From the IMG/VR virus record IMGVR_UViG_3300044638_008494, positions 43,023 to 107,022 of that record: a stretch of DNA of 64,000 nucleotides, one strand, 5' to 3'. Shown here in pieces: positions 19,878 to 28,689 of this stretch; the stretch's first letter is position 1; every line of letters starts with the position of its first letter. A program made the translations under genes and the position numbers. The stretch comes from a virus. The notes under the pieces were generated by a model. The model worked only from the letters and a program-made list of their open reading frames with translations, ran no database searches and was not told the DNA's origin.

Positions 19878-20987
19878 TTATACCAAAGCAGCTGCTGGAA
19901 AACTTCCAGACAAGAAGATACCACGTTGATTATCTTCTGGGCCACCAATTGGAACTTCAAAACTTGCAGTTAGCGTAGCATTGTCTCCGATTGATGTTGA
20001 CAAGCTTTGACTTACAAGCTTAGCACCTTTAAGTGTTGCGCTCATTGCCAAATCTCCTGCACCAGAGCAGTCGATCTTCTTAAGCTTTAAGGTTAAATCG
20101 TATACTCCAGTATCGCAAAGAAGGCTAGAAATATTTCCATCTGAAAGATTTCCAACTTCAGCATCTATATCTAGCGTAGCTGTAACTGGAAAGTCAATTT
20201 CTCTAGCAAATGAGAAGCGGCTTCCCAATTTGTTCAATGGCGTTCTTGCTAAATCAAAACTCATGGTTGCTGATTGAACTTTCAAGTCAGAAGCTGAGTA
20301 CCCAATGATTCCAGTAATATCGATAGTAGCATCGCCTGGAAGAAGTGCTGTTGGTTGTGCGCCATAAGCGTTTGTTTTGTGCTGAGGCAATCTGAATGCC
20401 TGTGACGTAATTGGCAATCCATTTACTGGATTAACAGCAGGAACATCGTTATTACCATCAACTGATGAGTAAATTCTAGCATTAAGTGCTTCCAAATCAA
20501 CTGTAGCTGTTGGAATATCGCCCACTGCAACATTCAAGCTATATGAAGTAACATAACTATTTCCAACACCAACAACTCCGGTTACCCCTGCATAGTTTGA
20601 TGCGTCACTACCTTCAGATGCGACTAAAAGATATAGATTTTTTTCGTCGGTTGTCTTTTGAAGAATATCTTTTAAGCATGAAACTTGTGCTTGGGTTCCT
20701 GTAGCAACAGTTAGTCCTAGCAATTTTTCATTTAAACCATCTGTTACATAGTAAGATAAGCTTGCTGAAACTGTTGGGGCTTCTGTGTCAAGACGATCAA
20801 TTGCTGCAAGATTTCCAAATTGGTTAATATCTTGTAGATTTCTTGTGAAATCTGAATCAAATGATTGAACACGGGTAAGCTGTTTGATATCAGCTGATCC
20901 GGTTTGCGCCACTCTAGCACCGTTTGTTCCAGTAGTTTGGCTTGCGAATACTCCTAGTGATTGATATATAATGCGATTTCTGCTCAT
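19878..20987 (-). CDS. Major tail tube protein
   Basis: 369 aa; MSRNRIIYQS...RVQS...INQFG pattern; own promoter motif and terminator; follows head-tail genes. Confidence 0.75.
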   Translation of the reverse strand: MSRNRIIYQSLGVFASQTTGTNGARVAQTGSADIKQLTRVQSFDSDFTRNLQDINQFGNLAAIDRLDTEAPTVSASLSYYVTDGLNEKLLGLTVATGTQAQVSCLKDILQKTTDEKNLYLLVASEGSDASNYAGVTGVVGVGNSYVTSYSLNVAVGDIPTATVDLEALNARIYSSVDGNNDVPAVNPVNGLPITSQAFRLPQHKTNAYGAQPTALLPGDATIDITGIIGYSASDLKVQSATMSFDLARTPLNKLGSRFSFAREIDFPVTATLDIDAEVGNLSDGNISSLLCDTGVYDLTLKLKKIDCSGAGDLAMSATLKGAKLVSQSLSTSIGDNATLTASFEVPIGGPEDNQRGIFLSGSFPAAALV

Positions 20988-21028
20988 AATTTTATATTTT
21001 ATTTAAATAAAGTGTTATTCTTATACTA

Positions 21029-21034
21029 ATTACA
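21029..21034 (-). promoter_or_regulatory. Putative late promoter motif TGTAAT (tail tube)
   Basis: TGTAATTAGT upstream of 20987. Confidence 0.55.
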
Positions 21035-21062
21035 TTTAAAAAGCCCAAAAAGCCAATTTTTT

Positions 21063-21935
21063 TTAATTTATTCGCGGCTCTCTAACGTAACTTAAAGTAA
21101 AATCTGCAAATGCCCCATAAGAGTTATTTCCTACTAGTTTATTAACTGAAGGGGCAAATTTAGATATCGTTACGGAAGAGACTAGTGCCATTAAACTTCC
21201 TGTTTGGGAATATTGATGGCATAAATTTAAATAATTATAATTCTGATTTTTATAATCCCCATATATATTAAATGGCATATCTTTAGGGTGCAAAACAGGA
21301 AAATATTTCCTAGCCATATCTGTTGCGATTGAAACGCCAGCATCTAGTAAGTATGGTGAATCTGCCAAAAATATAGTTCTTATATTAACTACGCTTTCAT
21401 CTAATCCACCGAACGCGAAAGGTTGATTTTCTGTATATTGTGTTTTAACAAAAATAGCCGGATATGTTAACTGGTCATAACTTAATGGCGTTTTAGCATC
21501 ACTTCCAAAAGAGTCATTTGGTCTTACCGGATATTTAGATTCAAATATTAGAGTATCATCTTGAGATTCAGTATAGTATACATTATATTCTTTATAGGCA
21601 TATGAGCATTTTACACTCGATAATGATGTTGATAATGTGTTGTTAAAAATCGCTCTTCCCAATTCATAATCAATGTAAAGACCACCTGTTGTTTTTGGAT
21701 TAAAGGTATTGTTTATGTAAACGCCAGATGGTATATTTGCTCCATTTATTGAATAATCAGAAACAAATTGTCTGTACGGACTGGCATAAATTGTTTTATT
21801 AGAAAAATTTGGATCTTGCGTGTTATATAAATTTCCACTATTGACGTTTATATATGCAGACCCTTTTCTTAAAATTTCATGGTCAATGAAATGTGTAAAG
21901 CTCGGCGCAATTCTATTTAAAAATTGAGGTACCAT
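21063..21935 (-). CDS. Putative tail terminator/completion protein
   Basis: 290 aa; YPAIFV...PFAFGG motif; just upstream of the tail tube. Confidence 0.5.
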   Translation of the reverse strand: MVPQFLNRIAPSFTHFIDHEILRKGSAYINVNSGNLYNTQDPNFSNKTIYASPYRQFVSDYSINGANIPSGVYINNTFNPKTTGGLYIDYELGRAIFNNTLSTSLSSVKCSYAYKEYNVYYTESQDDTLIFESKYPVRPNDSFGSDAKTPLSYDQLTYPAIFVKTQYTENQPFAFGGLDESVVNIRTIFLADSPYLLDAGVSIATDMARKYFPVLHPKDMPFNIYGDYKNQNYNYLNLCHQYSQTGSLMALVSSVTISKFAPSVNKLVGNNSYGAFADFTLSYVREPRIN

Positions 21936-21936
21936 A

Positions 21937-22521
21937 TTATTTCAAATCTATTAAAAATTTTTTCCACATTGATGACCAGTACTGCTTTCTTTGATATTGT
22001 CCAGATCTTACCTTATTATCAGCTTGAATACCGCCGCCAGATCTTCCCAATTTTTTAGAAATATAAAAGGAAAATCCAGATATTCCTTGCTCAATTGATT
22101 TTATCCATGACCTGCCAAGCTCCCAAGGCATTTGGGCATTAGCTGTAAGATCTGCATCTGAAACTCCGTTGACATCAAATTCAAATAATATTTTATCTCC
22201 ACTTTCTGATGTTTTGGGATTTTTATTTTTAATTTGTATTTTATTTTTTAAAAAAGCTATCCACAAATCTACTGGATTATTTCCAGCATCAAATCCTATA
22301 AAAGAAAAAAGATTTCCATAACCACCTAAAGTTCCAGATATATTTGTCGAGCTTGGACCAGCTTTAATCTCTCTCGATACTGAGTGCGATCCAAAATCAT
22401 TAATTAGTTCATTTTTAGCTTTTTCTAATTTTGATTGAGCGATTTCAAATGCCTGTTTTTTAATTTGCTTATTACTTAGAACAGCAATATTCAAATCATT
22501 TTGATTAACTCCTTTAGCCAT
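21937..22521 (-). CDS. Putative neck/tail completion protein
   Basis: 194 aa, basic; head-tail cluster synteny. Confidence 0.45.
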   Translation of the reverse strand: MAKGVNQNDLNIAVLSNKQIKKQAFEIAQSKLEKAKNELINDFGSHSVSREIKAGPSSTNISGTLGGYGNLFSFIGFDAGNNPVDLWIAFLKNKIQIKNKNPKTSESGDKILFEFDVNGVSDADLTANAQMPWELGRSWIKSIEQGISGFSFYISKKLGRSGGGIQADNKVRSGQYQRKQYWSSMWKKFLIDLK

Positions 22522-22967
22522 TACTGCATGTCCCTTCTTTTTGCGTATATTGTATAATACTGCACATCAAATAATCCGTGAAGCCTTGGAACGCCCACAG
22601 CTTCACATGCAATATTGTCAACATAAAATGATTGACTGCCGTTTAAAAATTCATAAGCGTCTTGCTTCATTTTTAATCGGCAAACTTGACCAGGTAATGG
22701 ATTTTCTATACCAGGTATCAACTCTTCTTCTTTGCCATTTAACCATTTTATTCTCATTAAAAATTGGCCAGTAACGGGCACTGTATCAAAGTTAAAATTA
22801 TCGGCCTGTCTATAATTTCTATATGATGAAATATAATCATCGTTAGTAATTACGTCCACTCTTTCTGGATCACGATAAATAACAACATTTCTACCAAATG
22901 TCTCATGCAAATTATTAAACTGCGAAGACATTTCTGCTTTTTCTGCGGCTGATAAAAAAGATGGCAT
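22521..22967 (-). CDS. Putative head closure (stopper) protein
   Basis: Start moved to ATG 22967 (MPSFLS...), which removes the overlap with the upstream gene; synteny. Confidence 0.5.
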   Translation of the reverse strand: MPSFLSAAEKAEMSSQFNNLHETFGRNVVIYRDPERVDVITNDDYISSYRNYRQADNFNFDTVPVTGQFLMRIKWLNGKEEELIPGIENPLPGQVCRLKMKQDAYEFLNGSQSFYVDNIACEAVGVPRLHGLFDVQYYTIYAKRRDMQ

Positions 22968-22969
22968 AA

Positions 22970-23518
22970 TTATAAACCTGGTTCGCTTCTTGGATAGTAT
23001 ACACTGCGATTTGCGCCCGCCCAATACCCTCCGTCAATAACATCAGTTCCGTCAACTGATTGTGGTTTAGATTTTGATTTTAAATATTGTTTTACTAAAT
23101 TATTAGCATTGTCCTGAGCGTCTTTACGAAAGCCTTGGTAAGTTCTAGCAAGCTCTGACCTGTTAACTCTTGTTATTGTCGAGTCGCCCTCTTTTAAAGT
23201 AGTCCATGCGCCAATATTATATGCGCCAGAAAGAGCCATTTTAGCCTCCCTGCTGTAGAAAAATGTATCAAAATTAGCCTTATAAATTGCTTGCTCTTGG
23301 TTTTCTAACGGTGGCTCTATTGCAATTCCGGTTACTTTTCCAATAGGGGAATATTTTGGACTAACCTCAAAGCATCCATCAATTTGATTATTTAAATATC
23401 CCAAGTTGGCAGGATCTAAAAACCATCCGACTAAATAAGTATACGAATAATCGTCTCGATCTCCAAGATCCAGAACTACATTATTTACAAAATCATTAAA
23501 CCATTTAGGGTATTGCAT
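22970..23518 (-). CDS. Putative head-tail adaptor
   Basis: Start moved to ATG 23518 (MQYPKW...); LKEGDSTITR pattern; synteny after the capsid gene. Confidence 0.5.
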   Translation of the reverse strand: MQYPKWFNDFVNNVVLDLGDRDDYSYTYLVGWFLDPANLGYLNNQIDGCFEVSPKYSPIGKVTGIAIEPPLENQEQAIYKANFDTFFYSREAKMALSGAYNIGAWTTLKEGDSTITRVNRSELARTYQGFRKDAQDNANNLVKQYLKSKSKPQSVDGTDVIDGGYWAGANRSVYYPRSEPGL

Positions 23519-23525
23519 GTTACTA

Positions 23526-23531
23526 ATTACA
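23526..23531 (-). promoter_or_regulatory. Putative late promoter motif TGTAAT
   Basis: TGTAATTAGTAAC-ATG. Confidence 0.55.
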
Positions 23532-23560
23532 CGCAATTAGCTCTTAATTAATCTATAAAA

Positions 23561-23926
23561 TTAAGCGCCCTCTCTCAATATTTTATGAATGGTTTTTGGT
23601 ACCGATGACGGTGCAGAAGCTGTGTTAACCTGTCCAGATTTGAACGATGCCACATGCCTCAAGAATTCATTTACCAATCTTTCTTTTAAGATATGAGATT
23701 CAACATCTGGTCTCAGGCCAATATCTCTAGCATGGTTTTGAAGATCTACTGGCAGCATATCATTCAATTTGGCAGTATAGACATCTAAATCCATAGTACC
23801 ATATTTAGATAAGCCATCTGAGCCCCAAATCTGCTCTAGTGCGGTTGGTTTATTGGCGGCAATTTTACCGTCAATTTCAACATTTTCATTTAAAATTTCT
23901 TTAGATGTGCGTTTTTTTCTTGGCAT
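23561..23926 (-). CDS. Hypothetical protein downstream of the major capsid
   Basis: 121-aa ORF. Confidence 0.7.
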   Translation of the reverse strand: MPRKKRTSKEILNENVEIDGKIAANKPTALEQIWGSDGLSKYGTMDLDVYTAKLNDMLPVDLQNHARDIGLRPDVESHILKERLVNEFLRHVASFKSGQVNTASAPSSVPKTIHKILREGA

Positions 23927-23991
23927 AATATTATTTATTCAATTTATTATAACAAGAACAAACTACAATTTCAATTTTATATTTAATATAT

Positions 23992-24023
23992 AAAAAAGAA
24001 AAAGCCCTGATTTCTCAGGGCTT
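23992..24023 (-). terminator. Intrinsic terminator after the major capsid gene
   Basis: AAGCCCTGA/TCAGGGCTT stem with a 4-nt loop, followed by a T tract on the minus strand. Confidence 0.8.
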
Positions 24024-24051
24024 AATCTTTGATTAACTTCTTGAACTTTGA

Positions 24052-25167
24052 TTAGACAATCAAGCCAACTACTGCGCGGCTGTCGAGACATACGCGACCT
24101 TCGCGTAGTTTCATGTACCAGCCCATTTTGTTTGCGCGAGCTTGGAATTGATCGTCAACAAATGTTTGAACTTGACCACCGTTGTCGTCAAATGTTTCGA
24201 CTGGGCGTAGGAAAGCTCCACGGGCCATGTCGAAGCCAATTAATAGCTCGTCTGTTGCATTGGTGAATGCAGCAGCGTTTGTTCCGTCTGCTTCTGCGAA
24301 GGTTTTGCTTCCGGCAAAGAAGTCGAAGAGTTCATTGTATCTCTTTCCTTCGCCAAGCTCTAGCAATTCATGAATTGTCACACCGAAGATTTCGGATGTG
24401 CCAGCACTACGATAGATTTGGCTGCGAACTTCATCAGGAAGAGCAACGTTACCAGCTGTTGTTCCAGCGCCGCTACGGGTGTTAACTGGGTTGTAAGCAA
24501 AGGAACGAATTTGTCCTTTGATTTCTGGGCTAACATAGATATCTGTAAGTCCAGCAGCTGATGCTGTTGATGTTCCGCCTAGGTAATCGCTATTGAAGCG
24601 GCTTACTAGTGTCCAGAGTGAACTTAGATCATCTGGTGTGAATACGCCAGCTGCTGCTGAGCGAATGGCGTGATTTTTTCCATTTGAGCTTGCGTCAGCA
24701 AGAACTTTCATAATAACAGCCCATGCATTGCGCTCTTGTTTTACTAAGAGTTGGTTTGCTGCGAATTCGATGTAGCGAGCTACAACATTTAGGCGTGCTC
24801 TGCGAGCATAACGCTTGTCGAAGCTGATTGCACTGTCGAGATCATATGTGCGAAGTTTGATTTCGCTTGCTCCTGCAACTTCATTTGTTGGGAGACCACC
24901 ACCGACAGTTTGTGACCAAATGGAGATGTCGCCATATCCTTGACCAAAAAGTGTGTCGATTGGGAATGAAGGAGAATCATCCTCATTGTATGCTTCGTCA
25001 CGGTAGATTTGAGCGGCTGATCCAGCGTGCATCAAAACTTCTTGAACGACTGGGCTTAAGAATGCTGCGAAAGCTTCTTGAGCTTCAGCGGCTTCGACTT
25101 TATTGTTAGAAGCCATGGCCTTGATTAGGGCTACTTGCTCTGGTGTATTTTTGAATTCGATTTTCAT
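24052..25167 (-). CDS. Major capsid protein (HK97 fold expected)
   Basis: 371 aa; follows protease/scaffold and decoration genes; biased codon usage; followed by a terminator. Confidence 0.82.
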   Translation of the reverse strand: MKIEFKNTPEQVALIKAMASNNKVEAAEAQEAFAAFLSPVVQEVLMHAGSAAQIYRDEAYNEDDSPSFPIDTLFGQGYGDISIWSQTVGGGLPTNEVAGASEIKLRTYDLDSAISFDKRYARRARLNVVARYIEFAANQLLVKQERNAWAVIMKVLADASSNGKNHAIRSAAAGVFTPDDLSSLWTLVSRFNSDYLGGTSTASAAGLTDIYVSPEIKGQIRSFAYNPVNTRSGAGTTAGNVALPDEVRSQIYRSAGTSEIFGVTIHELLELGEGKRYNELFDFFAGSKTFAEADGTNAAAFTNATDELLIGFDMARGAFLRPVETFDDNGGQVQTFVDDQFQARANKMGWYMKLREGRVCLDSRAVVGLIV

Positions 25168-25199
25168 ATGTTTATATTTTTATTTATTCTCCTTTTAAA

Positions 25200-25739
25200 T
25201 TAGTTAAGATTGAACTCCAATGGAGCGTATCCTTCGTCATTCTTAGGACCTAGGAAACGTCCGATTGAGTTTGCGCTTGTTGCTGCAACAACTTTGAGTG
25301 AGCCGTCACCAGCGTCTGCGATTGCTGCGCCGGAACCAAAAGCTGGTGTTCCGACGATACCACTATAAAGAACAAAGCCTTTTGTTGCAACTGGAGCGGC
25401 TTGTCCGCTTACTGTTACATCCATTTCGGCTGCTTTACGTGGGTCATAAATTAGTGGGTAGCCATTTTCATCAACTGTGCGAACATCTTTAAGAAGCATT
25501 CCAAGAACGCTTGCTTTAGCTGTGCCAGATGGGGCTGCTGTTACGAGCCAAGGAACATTGAATGTTGCTGAAAGCGTACCTTCAACAGAAGATAGATTTT
25601 CAAGCGTTAGCTCGTTTTTTAGGTTTAGACCTTCGCCAACAGCGGTAACAAATGTACCTTTATTGGCAGCTGCTCCGTTGTATGAGAAGAACGGAACAAT
25701 GTCATATTGATTTACTGCACGTAGAGGTTTGATATTCAT
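25200..25739 (-). CDS. Capsid decoration/cement protein
   Basis: 179 aa, Gly/Ala-rich; between scaffold and capsid genes. Confidence 0.6.
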   Translation of the reverse strand: MNIKPLRAVNQYDIVPFFSYNGAAANKGTFVTAVGEGLNLKNELTLENLSSVEGTLSATFNVPWLVTAAPSGTAKASVLGMLLKDVRTVDENGYPLIYDPRKAAEMDVTVSGQAAPVATKGFVLYSGIVGTPAFGSGAAIADAGDGSLKVVAATSANSIGRFLGPKNDEGYAPLEFNLN

Positions 25740-25764
25740 AGTGTTTTATTTTTTCTTAGTATAT

Positions 25765-25770
25765 ATTACA
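25765..25770 (-). promoter_or_regulatory. Putative late promoter motif TGTAAT (decoration-capsid operon)
   Basis: TGTAATATAT upstream of 25739. Confidence 0.55.
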
Positions 25771-25799
25771 GTTAATTTTTATTTTTTACCTAAATATTT

Positions 25800-27389
25800 T
25801 TATCTATTTAAATTAATTTTGATGTTGTCTCCGCTAAATGCAGAAGCCATACGATCTTTAAGAGATTCTACTGCACCAGCAGCATTTACTACATCATTAG
25901 TAACAGCAGCCTCTGCAATTGCTTGTGCGGCAGCTACTTCTGCTTTGACTTCTTCTGGCATTTGCGGATCAATTTCAACAGTTGCAGCCGTAGCTACAAT
26001 CTCTTCATTTGATTTGGCCATTTTCATTTTTTCTTCTTCTTTCATCTTTTCGGCCATTGCTTTTTTGGCAGCTTTATTTTTAGCAGATGCCAATGTTGAA
26101 AATTTCTTGAACCATTTTTGAAAATCATCTTCGCTAGCAACTGCTTTTAGATCTTCAGCGATAATTTCACGATCTTCATCTGTAAGATCATACTCTGAAT
26201 CGATAGTTGACATGCGAGCTTGGAATACTTCTTCAGCTTCTTTAGCTGCGATTTGATTTTTAAGTTCATTAAGAGCTGTTTCTGAATCTTCTTTTGATTT
26301 CTTAAGCTCGTCTAATTGTGCTTGCAATTGGGCAATTTGTTCGCCAAGATTTGTTGCAAGTGTTTCTTTTTCATCAGCTTGTTTTTTCCATGCTTCAGAG
26401 TTTTCTGCAATTTTTTCAGCAATAAAGTCTGTTACTGCTGTTGCAGAAAGTTCCTTCATAGAGCTGTCATTGATTTCTTTGATGTCTGTTATTTTCATAA
26501 TTAAATTAATTGATGCTTCCTCATTTATTACATTTTCTAATTGAATTTTATCACATTTTTTTTCATTCTCTTCAGATCCAACCTTTACAAGTTTTAAATC
26601 TACAGGCTCCTCATCAGGATTGTCTGTTGTGATAATGCCCTTAACTTCTGCTGCTGGAGTTTCAGTCAATCCAATACCAAGGCTCAAAATAGTGTCACCT
26701 TGTAGGTTTAAATATACTGGATTGCCCTCTTCGTCAGCGCCATTGCCGCCAAATGTTTTCAATCTGGCTTTTAATTCATTAACAGCTTCGCCATCTACAA
26801 TTTCACATTCTTTAAGATATTTAGATCCTTTAGCAATATTGAATTCTTTAAATGCAACCTCCCAAGACGCAGAAATAGAACCAAATTTATCAGATGCCAA
26901 ATCTCCTGATTCAGATACAGCATCAGCAAAGTCAGGATTTACTGCTCTCCAAATAATTCCAGAAAGCACAACATTAAATACTTTTCCTTCAGCGGCTAGT
27001 TCGCGCGCACTTGCCTCAGCTATTGGTTGGTCATCTGGAAATGAAGAAAATCCATAATCTGTAATGCATCCAACAACATTCTGCCTTTCATGTTCGATAT
27101 TGATATATTTTCCCTTAAAGCTTTTTGCTATTTCTATACCACGCTCGCCAGAAATCATGTGGCCATTTTTATTGCCAAGATTTGGAGTATAAGCATTGAA
27201 TGCAACGCCTAGAATATCATAACTAGATTCAAAATCAAAATCTTTTGGAAGTAGATTTTTTAGCTTATCTGCGCTAGCTTTAGCAATATATTGGAGATCT
27301 TCTTTATCCATTGATACCGCTTTGATTTGGATGCTATCAAAACGCGCATGAAATGGATAGTCTTTTAATGAAATTTTTTTCTTTTTCAT
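25800..27389 (-). CDS. Prohead protease fused to a coiled-coil scaffold
   Basis: INIEH and SASWE catalytic-type motifs in the N-terminal half; acidic E/K/A coiled coil in the C-terminal half. Confidence 0.75.
   Translation of the reverse strand: MKKKKISLKDYPFHARFDSIQIKAVSMDKEDLQYIAKASADKLKNLLPKDFDFESSYDILGVAFNAYTPNLGNKNGHMISGERGIEIAKSFKGKYINIEHERQNVVGCITDYGFSSFPDDQPIAEASARELAAEGKVFNVVLSGIIWRAVNPDFADAVSESGDLASDKFGSISASWEVAFKEFNIAKGSKYLKECEIVDGEAVNELKARLKTFGGNGADEEGNPVYLNLQGDTILSLGIGLTETPAAEVKGIITTDNPDEEPVDLKLVKVGSEENEKKCDKIQLENVINEEASINLIMKITDIKEINDSSMKELSATAVTDFIAEKIAENSEAWKKQADEKETLATNLGEQIAQLQAQLDELKKSKEDSETALNELKNQIAAKEAEEVFQARMSTIDSEYDLTDEDREIIAEDLKAVASEDDFQKWFKKFSTLASAKNKAAKKAMAEKMKEEEKMKMAKSNEEIVATAATVEIDPQMPEEVKAEVAAAQAIAEAAVTNDVVNAAGAVESLKDRMASAFSGDNIKINLNR
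26527..26532 (-). promoter_or_regulatory. Internal TGTAAT motif before an in-frame ATG at 26498 (separate scaffold product)
   Basis: TGTAATAAAT, then an AT-rich leader and MKITDIKE at the protease/scaffold boundary. Confidence 0.5.
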
Positions 27390-27404
27390 TTGTATTATTT
27401 ATCT

Positions 27405-27410
27405 ATTACA
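27405..27410 (-). promoter_or_regulatory. Putative late promoter motif TGTAAT (protease)
   Basis: TGTAATAGAT upstream of 27389. Confidence 0.55.
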
Positions 27411-27450
27411 CTTAAAAAAAACATGAAACACATTTAATAAAATATTAATA

Positions 27451-28245
27451 TTATTGTAATTTTAAATCTGATGCTGGGCCATTATTAAATAATAAATTAA
27501 ATAATCCATCCATTTCAGATATATTAGAGAAACTTCTATTTATAAAAAGACCAAGGCGCATGGTTCCAGAAAATCCATAAAGTTGGTGCCCAAAGCCAGG
27601 AAAGCCATTAAAAGTGGTGCCATTATTAGCTGATACAGTTCCATTTAAATTACCAGATGGCTTTCTTGTTGCATATCTCACAGTTCCATTATTTAGAAAT
27701 GAACATGCAAAAAAATACCACTCTGTGCCGTTTGGTAGATATCCTGTTGTTTGATTATCCTGACCATTATAAGGCATCAACGTCTGGAACGTTCTTGTGA
27801 AAATATGTGGCCCTGGAAAACTTGCTTGATTGTATCCATTAGCTGCGGTATTGCAATGCATTAGAACATTTTCACTAGTAGGAGTTGCAATAGTATTATC
27901 TGTAATTGCTACAAAAACCATTGTAAAAGGATATCGAAAAAGAATAGAAGTATTTGAATAGGCCCAACTACCTATAGATTTTGAAAACAATAAGCCATCT
28001 TTATTGGGTATCACCCCAAAAGTTTGAAGATTGGGGCCTATTTTTGAAAGCAAATTAGGCCCATCAAGATCTCTAAAATCATATGCCGCAACAATATTAC
28101 TAGCAAAATTGCTTTCTAAAATATTTCTCCATAAATTCCTTTTACTTGTAAAAGCTAAAGGTTTTAAAGCGGCGCCAAGAGGGCCATTATACAATCCGTT
28201 ATCTAATGGCGCACCCAATGAGGAGCTTCGAGTATCTCCATCCAT
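27451..28245 (-). CDS. Virion protein, possible LamG/ConA-like domain
   Basis: IVAAYDF...FTM...WYFFA...FSG pattern. Confidence 0.45.
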   Translation of the reverse strand: MDGDTRSSSLGAPLDNGLYNGPLGAALKPLAFTSKRNLWRNILESNFASNIVAAYDFRDLDGPNLLSKIGPNLQTFGVIPNKDGLLFSKSIGSWAYSNTSILFRYPFTMVFVAITDNTIATPTSENVLMHCNTAANGYNQASFPGPHIFTRTFQTLMPYNGQDNQTTGYLPNGTEWYFFACSFLNNGTVRYATRKPSGNLNGTVSANNGTTFNGFPGFGHQLYGFSGTMRLGLFINRSFSNISEMDGLFNLLFNNGPASDLKLQ

Positions 28246-28251
28246 AAGAAA

Positions 28252-28674
28252 TTAATAGTTTTCTATTATTGAAGTAATATTAATTGCACCAATACTGCTT
28301 GGATTATTTCTGCACGTTGCGCGTATTTGCGTTCCAGAACCAATAGGGTAATATCTTTTTCCAGCATTATCTAATGGAAGAGATGGAATGCCAGATGTTG
28401 CAAATACATCAACAGATGGCGCAATTCCAGACCCTGCAAATGCACCAACTGGAACTGTTACTATTGGATATCCACTAGAAGTCTGCTCTGAAAATATTGA
28501 AAAAACTATTTGTACTGGTATGCTAGAAGTGCTATGTATATTAATTGATTTTACGATACTATCGTCCATACCGGCTGGCGCCACAATTTTGTCAACCAAA
28601 GCATCTCCACTGACAAATGTTTGGCCGGTATTTATAATTTGTTGAGTTAAAAATAGTGATGTTTGTTTTGACAT
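28252..28674 (-). CDS. Small beta-rich virion protein
   Basis: 140 aa in the fibre-like cluster. Confidence 0.5.
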   Translation of the reverse strand: MSKQTSLFLTQQIINTGQTFVSGDALVDKIVAPAGMDDSIVKSINIHSTSSIPVQIVFSIFSEQTSSGYPIVTVPVGAFAGSGIAPSVDVFATSGIPSLPLDNAGKRYYPIGSGTQIRATCRNNPSSIGAINITSIIENY

Positions 28675-28689
28675 ATAGTATCCTTTACA

